Positions 31,258 through 43,200 of a stretch of DNA of 64,000 bases are shown here, piece after piece; positions within the stretch are counted from its first letter, which is position 1; each line of letters begins with the position of its first letter. The translations under genes were made by a program, and so were the position numbers. Source of the stretch: Phoronis australis (lineage: Eukaryota > Animalia > Phoronida). The notes under the pieces are model-generated. The model was not told the DNA's origin and did no database searches. It was given only the letters and a program-made list of their open reading frames with translations. The stretch covers positions 248,001 through 312,000 of the forward strand of contig NMRA01000132.1 of the NCBI GenBank assembly GCA_002633005.1, given 5' to 3'.

Positions 31258-34200
31258 TCACTCCCTTGGTTGAACTTTGACCCATACACCTTTTGCAGGA
31301 GACATGGCCCTCATCTTGTCCATAACCAGTGGTACCTAAAATTTAAAACCAAAGCTTTCACTGCATGAGCAACCAAATTAGAATCAAATATTATGCTTTA
31401 TGGGCAATATGTTTGGCAAAAACATGATACCTTTAAGCCCGATGATGAGGTTTCTATGAGCTAGTACACAGCCAAATGCAGTTCTGGCATCAAAGATAAG
31501 ATTGCTACGATTCGTTATAGTGTGATTTTCAATGCATACGCTTGTATGGTTTTAGGGTATTGAAAAACAGTAACTTACACTTCCTTAAAATTCCTTTAAG
31601 AGAAGAGGTAGGTCCCATTTGGTGCCAAAAACGTTTCTCAAGCTCTACGTACATTATAACCTGATACAGAAAACGTTGAATATTGTATCAAATGAGCGTG
31701 TTGTGATAAGACTCTCTCTCCCCCTCTCCCCCTCTCTCTATCTCTCTATCTGTATTACAATCTTCTTATACCCCTCAAAACATCACTTTACAACACCTGC
31801 AACACTTTGTCTTTCAGCCACTCCACCATCTCCTTTATGCACTCAACACATCCAGAAGCCTCTGCTTCCCAAGACACTTATACTTCCTAACACTCAGAAC
31901 CGTACTATCCACTTCCTAACACTCAGAGCACTATCCATTTCCTAACACTCAGAACACTATCCCCAAGTGACACTCCATGACCCTGACTATAAGGAACCAA
32001 TACACTACCTCGGTTTTTTCACATCGTACAAATCTGAATTTTTGCAAGATAGCCGCCAACAGCATTCTCACTTCAAGCTGTGCAAGTCTCATTCCTATAC
32101 AGTTTCGGGGGCCCAAGCCAAATGGTAAGTACACATAGGGATTGTGATTGGCTTTGTTCTCAGGGCTGAACCTGAAATGAAAACATAAAAATGACTTATT
32201 CAATGTCTCCCTATAGTTAGCTTAGGTAGTTAGGACCCCTCCCTTTGCTGTCAAGCACGGCACAAAAACAAAAATGTGTGAACTTCAATGCTGGGTCCAG
32301 AAACTGCTCACAACACATGGATGTTTACCCCATATTGGCCAGCTGGTACACTTTGTCCCCTCCAGGTTTGGTTTTGAAATTTCTAAATTAAATTGCCGCA
32401 AATTAAGAATCAGAATTGTCCAATTTCATTAACACAACAATGAACAAAAATATTTCCAATGTAACATGGTTTACAAAACAATAAAAGCTGTTACAGTACC
32501 TTTCTGTTATTAATAAAAACAACTACGGTTTTAAATCGACTTGACATGACATGTTTCGGTGTCATTTATTCAAACACCATCATCAGAGAGAATATAGTGG
32601 CCACCTACCTTTCTGGATCAAATTTTTCTGGGTCTGGGTAGAACTCAGGGTCATGGTGTATGGCGTACACTGGAATGTTGACAATGGATCCTTTAGGAAA
32701 GAATTGGCCGCCTAAGGTGATATTTTCTGCACATTCTCTCTCTAGTCTAAAAATTAAATTATGCAATACTAATTAAACAAGGCATGTGTGTCAGCCATGT
32801 ACGCAACACGCCTACGAGACAATGGTATGCCTTTTGTACTCATATTGGCCAAGTACACAATTCTGAATGCTAGCCTAACACTTGTATGCGGATGTCTATA
32901 AGAATAAACCTGTTACGAAGTCTACAGGCATTTCTGAATTCGAAAACGTCAATTTTTCAGAAGTGATTTTGCGACCTAAAAATCCCCAAGGGGGGTGGGG
33001 GCTTGCGGAACAAGAGCAACGCCGAGCGTTGAAATGTGCCCACGAATGCAACGTGAATGGGGTGCATCTAGGGTTGACTATTTGCATCATAAAAATGGCC
33101 ACTAGATGGTGCAAAATGTCCAATACATCTGAAAACGGGAAGTGCAATCACTTCCCTAAAGGAAAACTATTTATCAAATTTCATAAAATTCTGTCAAGGA
33201 ACTTCAGAGAAATAAAGGAAAACGAAAAAAATGAAATTGCCACTAGGGGGCACAGCGTTCATTGGATCCGCCAGAAAGTCGTCGTTGTCTGTTGTTAGCT
33301 TCATACAGATATATCCTTACTAACTTTAATAATCTGCTGTGGGTTTAGTAGACATACCTGTGGGCGTAAAACAAAACAAAACTAACACTAGGAGCCGCCA
33401 CTGTAGTCTAAGTCATCGTCAACCGTCCTCTTCACACTGAGAACATATATGCCAATTTTAAAAATCATCCTCAGAATGGATTGGTTGATAGAGGGTGGAC
33501 TCAAAAACAGCAAAAATGCCCATTAGGTGGCGAAAAATACCTCGGTTTCATCCAAAACCGGAGGATAGCGTCATCTCACCAATGCCTACATACCAAATTT
33601 ATGAAAATCCATTAAGGACCTTTGAAGAAACAGGTAAATGTAAAAACTAAAATTGCCGAAAGTCGTGGTCGTCTGTTGTCAACATCACGTAAATACATTT
33701 GCTAAAGATCATGCAAACGGTTTAGGAGATAGAGCTATGGGCACAAAAAACAAAACTGCCACTAGGAAGCGCCATAGTAGTCGAAGACGTCGGAAAATCA
33801 TCATGAACCGTCCTCTTCATGCATGCCAATTTTCACAATCATAATTAGAGCGGTTTGGTTGATAGAGGGGCGGATGCCAAAAACAATAAAAAAGGCCATT
33901 ATGTTGTCTCAAACTATGTCGAATCCGTTCGAAAATAGGAGGATAGTGTCCTCTCCTATACGCCAAATTTACTGAAAATACCTTGAGGACCTTTGAAGAT
34001 ACAGTGAGGTAAACATAAAAAAATACCACTAGGGGACACACCGGTTGTCGGATTCGTATGAGAATTTGCTTATGACATCCCATCCATTAGAGGAACACGT
34101 GCAAAATTTCATGAACATACGTCCAACGGATTTGGAGATAGAGCAGTGGACACCGGATGGACGCCGGAAGGACGGACGGACGGAGATGATGGCATAATGC

Positions 34201-37200
34201 GTCCACGTATAAATATGTAGGCGCATAAAAAGTGCACACAGACAAGTGGGCTTTTACGAGTGATAGCTGACCACAGCATCCTCATTCAGCAGTGGGCTTC
34301 AAAATTTCTGTAAGACAGAGTCTGCATTAGAATATGCAATTTGAAAGTTTCAGCAGTGAATTGTTACTACCTGGTTCTTGATTTTTTTACTTTTCCTCAT
34401 GATGCACAATAGAATAAAAGCAATGACTGTTTTGAAATCAAGTATCTCAATAATCTGAGAGCAATCATGGATAGCACAAGACACCTGACAAGGTACTGTA
34501 ATTTCAAAGGGCAGTTTGGCATAGTGGGTGGGGTTTGTGAGGCAGTGCTCCATTTGGTGACATGCAGCTCGCTTACACAACTTCAAATTGTGTTCGGTGA
34601 CCTGGGAAAATCCCAAATCACCAGGAAATCGCCAAAACGAGTATCAAAGCCTGACAATAATTCCCTCTAAATTGGTTTCAATGTTCATGTTGGACTTACA
34701 GACTAGTTACTAACAGTTTTCTTTAATAGATTCAATAACTTTGGATCACAATTATTCCGTTAATTTCGTGAAATCAGTGTATTTGCCACCCCCAGCAGTC
34801 GGCACACATCAAACAAGCTTAATTTATAAAAGAAAGTATAAACAAATGGAAGTAGGACTTGTTCAGCAAAAAACTGGAGAGGGTCGGACCATATAACCCC
34901 TAACTGCAACTGATTTTAAGTGAATCTATTCTATCTGAACCCACTACAGTTTCAGTCACCCTTTGAATAATGCTAGACAATTCGTTGGCCTGCATGTTGT
35001 CATGCCAGACAAAAGACTGTGCTCTGCAGTTAAAAAATGAGCCAGGTGTTATCAGCCATTGAGAAATAGCATACTGGGGTAAAGTCATTAAACAAGAGAA
35101 AACTTTAATAGTAGGAGTGTTACATTTTGTTGTAACTGGCACCTGGAGTCATCTACAAAACCTCATAGAATAATTGGATTTCTCATCAAAACGAGTCCAG
35201 AACGATTTCAATTCAACTGTACATCATCCACATATGCACTAAAAAGAGCACAACCTTGCGCGAGCCATGGTGCAGTTAAAAACGCAAGCTACCTACCTGC
35301 CTGCAAGAGGGTATATCCGAAGAGTTTCAGCTATAAACATCTCCATGTACTGTAGCTTGTTGGTGTTGTCATAGTCGGGCTCAGCCTATAAATATCAGGC
35401 ATAATATGTCAGATTTTCATAGAGGATATTGGTCACTAAGCACCTACAGTAACCTAGCATCTGAAACCATTGATTCTACTTTGGGTAACAAATTAACTAC
35501 ATGAGAGCTTTTGTGTGGAGTTTCTAAAATACAAAGGACAACGTTGAAATTCAACAAATTTTTGGAACACAAAAAACTGTGACACCTATCCATTTGTTGT
35601 ATCAGACTTTAGGTACACCAATGCAGCAAGCATTTATTAACCACAATCTTTTACTGCTTGTAATTTGAGGTTTCCAGGATTTTCATTTTTGGAATTGATA
35701 CTTCTACAGTCTTCCGTCTTGAAAACTAGTCTGTAATTTTCAAAATAAGCAAGGCAGAATTCGAAGAACTATGACAGACTGCTCCAGCTAGCTATAGTTT
35801 ATTGGTGAAGCGGACTCAATTGTCGTAATTATGACAACGTGAATTGAGAAACCTCAGTTGGGAATTTGTCAAGGTTTAGCCAGGATTGGCTATGAGTAGT
35901 TATATATTCATGGCATAACACAGGTATGGCCTGAGGTGTGCAGAGCATTTTTCATTGAGATGGGCTGATACCTGAGAGGTGGGCTTATATACTTTAAGTG
36001 GCGCATATGTTAGGTGTGACATTATACCTGGGCAGATACGGTAATGAGTAGTGCAATAATTAGCGCTTACATCAACACTCAACTTACCCCATTGAGTTCA
36101 CGATCAACTTCATCGATAAGTTTCTGTTGCCATTCAGACTCCAAAGACAGAAAGTAGGCACAAAACTGTAGTGTGCTTGCAATATTTTCAAAGCCAGCAA
36201 TAAAGAAAACAATGCACTGCGACTTGACTTCATCCAGTGTCAGACCTGAAAATATTAAACACCTGTGCACTGATTGTAGAAAGCTTTCTAGTCAAACTAA
36301 TTGTAATTACATAACCAGGACGAAGTAATCAACTCCATGCATACATTGTAACAGAGCCAGCAACCGCCAGGCCATTGCTATTACAACCTGCTCATTGCAC
36401 TGTTCCTCAAAGCAACACCGTCATACTATTCACGATTACTATAACCACTGCCACCACCACCACCACAACTACCACCATGTGGCAGCAGAAAGTTTACAAC
36501 TATTCACACCACTATCACTTCCACAATCATTGACATCACCATCAACAGAACCACCCCAAATATCAACACCAGCACCACAATCAGCACCACCACAATCGAC
36601 TACCATCATCGCAATGATCGCTATAAAAAGAACCACCACCCATCACTACCACCATTGTCTAACAGCCACAACTGATTGCCATCAAGCTAAGCACCATTGC
36701 CATCTTTATCCTTACTATCTAAACCAGCACTAACATCATTTATAACATGGATATCAATATCATGACTCACTCAGCTAACACTACATCTGTTGTTATATCA
36801 GATATAGTTCACCACGATAGTTGTGACCACCACATTGCCAAAAGCGGATCGTAATTTCTTTTGAGAACATTTTTGCGAAATAACAGAGACATCTTTGGAA
36901 TTTGATCTTCAGACTTGGTGTTTTTTCCCAAAATATACTCAACTTCCTTTGCCCAAGAGTCTACCGGAAGTTTTTCAATATCTCTCCTTGAACGTTTTAG
37001 GTAAAAAAATGACTGAATACAGTACACATGGCTGACATACGATGGATCGCGTGAAATTATGTTGCAATTTGACAATGCAACAATTTTTTTGCACTCTATC
37101 ACTATCAGCGCAACTATAGGGAAATGTACATCTACATGTACACCACTGTGACAACCACTATAAAAGCTACCTCTGCCATTCCCAAAAACACAATCAAAGC

Positions 37201-40200
37201 TATCATTCTCTACACCGCTACAACCACTATCAAAACTTACCACTGCCACCACCAAGCCACTACCAAAACGACAACAAATACGACACATTCAAAAGATTCA
37301 ACTATACCTTCGTCTTCATTATATAATCACCTTTCAATTCGTTGGGGTCATTCCTAGAAAGGTGCTCCTCATTTGCTTTTATCACCAGTTGTAGAAAGTC
37401 ACTATGTTCACCCTATAAGGTCAAACAAGGTTTTGCATCAACAACACAGAGGGCGAAGATGGTCTCATAGTGTTTGATCAGTTATTCATACCACAGTTTA
37501 TTGCATTTGAGGTCAATCAGGCCCAAAGTACAATAACAATAATTAGCACATTAAAACACAGTTAAATAAAAAACATCGTGTTAACATTTTTTCTAAAGCA
37601 CTTTAGCTAAATATACAAACTTGAAAATGTATGTTGGATATACCAATACAGGTCGCATGAATATCGCACCTTGGGTACACATCAGCCGGTTACCGATAAA
37701 TGCTTACCATTATCTTTATTATAAGAAAGAAAAACAAAGTGAGAAATAAATAAGCCTATCTACCGATATCTATGCAAGGAGCTTGCACCCTAGTTTCCAG
37801 TGGGTACGTCTAACCATTGCAGGCTCTGGATGATCTGAGAGTTGATAGAGAAACAATGCAATTCCTCCTTAGGGTCGATTAATAACACTTGTTGGAGTTT
37901 CACCAGGCATTGTCCTTCAGCTAAACCGCTACTCCCTCTGTTGTGCTTTATTTGCAATCAATTTCATTCTAATCACTTTTCCAACATCATGATTAAAAAC
38001 TTTTTATCATTTCCAGAAATGTGGACAATAAGATCAGTGATAATAGCGTACGTGTCCAGTGTATACTCCTTGAAGCCCCCAAGTTCACTTCATAATCAAA
38101 TACAAATACATGTAGCGTTATGACAGTACCTTAAAGTTTCCCTTTTTCCTCTCCTCAAATTCACCTCACAATAAAAATAACGATGTGACATTACCTCTTG
38201 TTTTTTCCTCTCCTCAATAATCTGATCCACAAGTTTGCTGAAGAAGGAGGTGGCTTCATGCTGTGTTAATGTTATTCCCAGTTTGATAGCTAAGCTGGGG
38301 AATAACACTGGAAAGGAGATGGCATTGGTATACTTGAGATTGGATATTTGAACATCAAATGAAATTTTACTCTGTTGTTTTGATATAGAAATGTAGTGTC
38401 TCAGGAGTTTAAGGGCAAGATGTCCACTACTAAGTCTGATTGGATTTCTGTATTCGACCGGTAGACCCGATGGCTCAGACTTGGGTAAATCTCATGATAA
38501 CAGGATTTGCAAGCAAGTGGACAAGAAAGCTTGAACTGTTTACCCCAGAGTATCTTGTAAATTCCACTAAACACAACGGAGGATATATCTAATGCTGTGA
38601 CCGGAAGTCCAAATTCCGGCTGTGTCGTACGTTTGATGGTAACACGAGATTAGCTTACTAACATATCGTCACATAGTGTATGCAAATGTGACAGCTGATC
38701 AACTGGTGGAGTTGCTTTTTGGGGTTTTTGATATGAAATTGTAGATTCCAAGCACTTTAAGGTAACATCTCACCAAATTAGGACACGATATGGCAGACAG
38801 ATTAAATTTAATTGTTAATTTTTTTCATAAAAACTAAACAAACTTCTAATTATAACTTTTGATAATAACACCGTTATACCTCATGTCATAAGGAAATGTG
38901 GATATTCAACACAATGATACGAGAATTTAAACAAGAAAATGGAACAATTTTAGGAAATATTTTTGTTAAAAATAAGCAAGACTACAATATTTTTCTTGAA
39001 GAGACAAAACTTCAATACCAGAAAAAAACAAATGTCCTGATTCAAAAACATTCGACCTTTGACCTGATACTAGCTAACCATAGCAATATAATATTCACGT
39101 TGCCATTGACTTTTATCAGGAGCAATTCTTACTGAAAAATAGTACTCTCAGGATCCTGATCTTGCTTGTTCTACCAGTTAAAACCTTAGCTTGTTGAATT
39201 ATTGGATCATCTGGATTGTCCTGTGTATCCGTGATAACGCCAAATGCTGTGCTCAATATGGTGTCCAGAGAGAAGCCATAGAAAGCCCTGTTGTAAAAAT
39301 AAGCACAGTTAATATGATTGGACAATGCCAAATCAAATTGAGGCAAATAATTTACCCACTGCTTAATTTGCTTATTCAAGAAAATACTTAGCAATTTATA
39401 TGAATTCCTTGTTCATATTTAGCAGTGTAAAATCTAATGGGATCTCAAAGGGACAGCATGAGTATAATTTCTTATTCACCAATTTAATTAGCAACCAAAA
39501 AACGAACTCCAGTAAGACTAGTTTCACTCTGAGATCGAACACGCATTAGAATTTCCGGCGAAGACTAGGCTATCTGATAGCCAACTGAAAGTAACGAGAT
39601 TTCAATATTATCGAATCAGTCAATATGCTTCCTCAATCAAAATGAGTGGCTAAATAAAATGTTGTACCAACTCTGTTACTTCGCTGATGCACACATGTTG
39701 CTTAATGAGGTGAAAAAATCATGTGTTCAAGATATCCATAAAATTTCAATTTTTATTCAAAGATCATAAACTTAACTCAAAATGGTGACATTTCTTTTAA
39801 ATCTTTCGAGTAATTGTCAACAAATTCAAAAAGAAAAATGAGAGACATATCTAGGTGGCAGAAGATGAAAACCATGTCACTAACAGAAATGAAATTCACA
39901 AAATAACGGTGTACAAAAGTTGAGCATACTCCTTGCACTCAAATTCCTTCTCTTCATCAGCAAACTTCTTTAGTTTCGTCAATAAAATACCAACACTTGC
40001 AGATATCAGGGGGCACATCTGAAATTAAAAGCTACACTGTACATGTTATCTACAACACTCCAAAGAACAGCAACAGAGTCTCTGAAAACCGGACCAGTTC
40101 AGAGCTTACAGCCATGTCCAGCTGATTCAGTGGTGATAAATCTGTGCTTTGCTTGAAAACATTTCGATTGTGACCACTTCCTGTAATTAAATTGGCCTCG

Positions 40201-43200
40201 CTCTAAGTTTGTTCTACTCAGTTTAGAAGTAATCTCCGGACCCAGGAGTCAGGTCGAACAGTCTATTTGTCATATTTTCAGACCAAGGTCACATGTGCAG
40301 GTCAAGTTTATAAAATTTACTTGCTAAACTTAACAAAGATCGTGCAGAGGGCTTAGGAGATACAGCCCTGGAAACAAAAATGCCTCTAGGAGAAACTAGT
40401 GTAGTCGAAGCCGCTTGAACATCATTAGCCGTGCTCCTCTCACTAGGCACACATGTCAATTTGCATAAGGTTAGTCGGGAGGATCCAAAACCTGACATCA
40501 TGTCATCTGCTTCATGGGTATACACCTGCCAAGTATCATTATGATCTTAAAAGGGGTTTAGGAGATGCAGCGCCAGACGACTCGGACACCGAGACAGAGA
40601 TGACGGCAAAATGCACACACGTTATGTAAATGAGGGTGCATGATGTGGGTGTATGACAGTGTTCATACAGTAGCAGGCCCCATGCACCTTGACCATTAAT
40701 ATGCATGTACTATGATCCCTTAGACTCGCTACAACTGAAAGAACAGCACATACCTTTCTAAGCTTTCCTGAACTAAAAGTAGGGGTCAGCTCAGCTCTGA
40801 CGTGTTTCCAGCGGTCATCGCGAAGAACAGTTAAGACGTTGTCAAGAAACTTGTCATTCAACTTTTTGCCAAAGCTCTACAATAGAAACTGCAGACTAAC
40901 CAAACCATAAACTCTGTGAAAAGGGACAATTGATGCTATTGTAACAGTTTGCTGCATAGTGATAATACTTCTTTTCAATTGTCTTAAATGAGAGATGAAG
41001 GATGAATTTAAAGTAGAACTTGCATGCTAATTCCTTATTTCTGTGATTGCTTGGTTTAATCAGTTAGAAACACAACATATGTGAAAATGAAGCATGCTGA
41101 AAACTGCCAATGTTTTTAGAAATGAGTTTTGTGTCGAAAATGATCCACTGTAAATCACTCAACCATGTCCAGTATATCGTGACGTGGAGTTGGGGAATAA
41201 CACTGCATGATGCCGGGTATGGGAGCCCCAATGATACATTATTAGTGCAAAGGTCAACTAATTGCAGAATTTTTTTCTTTTCACACTTACAAGTTTGCAA
41301 TGAATACAGCACTTACTGCACTTTGTTTAGCATAGATGATGTTCAAATAGCATTGTTTTGTTTATTTCCTGCTAGACATACCACCGTTAGGAGCATGCAA
41401 ATACATTTTATTGTTAAGAAAATACAGAAATCATTAGGCTAGCAAAATAATAACAGAGGAAGTATAATTAACTTCAAGTTGACCAAAAGGTGGGTTTTCA
41501 GCTGGTAACTATGACATGTCACATATTAGACACTCATAGTGATAATGTTGTATAAAATACTGGGCAGCTATGATATTGGCACCTTGTACTTCTTCAATAG
41601 ATTTGTACAGCAAATACTAGCCTCATCAATTCTAATCACAAGCACTGATCTAAGTTCCGTTTGTATAAAGCAATGCACTTACTGCGCTAGCGAGGAATTC
41701 ACAGCAATAAATCGGTGGATTAAATAAATTGCAATATCTTACACTGAAAACAGTGATTTTTTCGGAATTTGAAATCCTCTCGAAAAATTGTTATGACAAT
41801 TTTACTCTGAATACAACAGTAATAAAAATAAGCTAAGATTTTTTACCAGTACGTCAATTCCAACACACGAGTTCACTTTAATGTTACAGTATTGGTACAT
41901 AGATAATTGATTTGTGATAGAAGACAAAAGACTGTGTGAATATTTTTCAATTGACTAGATTGATGCCTCTAACTGATAATTTTGTGATCATGGTAAAAGC
42001 TTCTGATCCTCCTAAAAACATATTAATTTTCCTTCCCTCACAAACACGTACTTACTCTTCTATTTCTGAAGTTGTTAGCCTCTTTCACAAGAACATCACG
42101 TAAAACAGTGGGATCACTGACAGCGATGCAAAGGCTTCCCATTTCAACGAACCTGGAATTAGCAAACAATAGCATATCAGACCCAGCTGCATGGAACTGG
42201 TCCAGTAAATCTGATTGTTAGTATCTAAACCACCACCGGTTCTCAATCATCCAGCTCCTTTAGGAAGCATTGTCCTCAATTCTCCCACTACCGTTAAAAT
42301 TATTTTTTGTCTTTGAATATGAATGCATAATTAGATGAGAAAGGGCTTTCAATCAGCACACACTCCATTGTGGATGTCAACTAAGTAATAACGACATGAT
42401 GCCAGCCATTTTGACCACTAGGTGAAGTGCTCACTAATCAATCACCGATCAAATTCTTTGCATCATTTCATAAGTTTTTAACTTGCGCACTGAGCCATCC
42501 ACGTACATGTACCACTTCTTAGTTTGCTTCTTTGGCAATTAAAGTGAAATCTTCAATACCATATACACTCATGCTCAACATTATATTTTTCCATCATCAA
42601 GGGATGGTCTCAACCCTGTTTTAATAAGTTCAAATTTATACTTTTTGACGCAGAGAACCTCATTGTATTTAACACCTCGGATAAAACTTCAGAACAATGG
42701 GGGAGGGGGGTTTGCAGGCATCTTTTTAAAATGATTCAGGTGTTATTTTTTAACCACTTCTGTTGTATTATAAGAAAACTGACCTTTTCACAAATATGCA
42801 CCTAAGTTAATTTAATTAAACCGCGTGAATGCGAGTGTGAATGAGTGTATGTAAGTCCTCCCCTTTCCCGTTTCCCTCCAGCTTTTATAATAATCACGGC
42901 TAATTATCAGCCCAATCATTAGGAGTTATTTTCAAGATACTTATTTATTCTTTTTGTATTACGTATTGTCCTCTAGCATCTTGCAAAGATAATAGTTGGG
43001 GCCACTCAACCCCAGCAGCACCTACTAATCATTAATATGTTTTCTGGGCAAACAAACGTATTACAAATTTTACAAATCACCTACTACACTATAATTGGTT
43101 GCTAGATTACCTTAAATTCATTAAAGGCTCGGTTAATCAAAAACCATAGGGAGTAATAGAATAATAATCTTCATAGTCGCGACCACAAGTCCTTTGTTAA

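Noticed and set aside
36395-36733. His/Thr/Pro-rich ORFs (also 23395-23712)
   Set aside because: Translations of a degenerate trinucleotide tract; frame not conserved between paralogs.
36809-37288. 159-aa ORF as an extra exon or nested gene in intron 9 of gene B
   Set aside because: Partly low-complexity, the homologous stretch in gene A has stops and indels, and exons 9 and 10 already join in phase.
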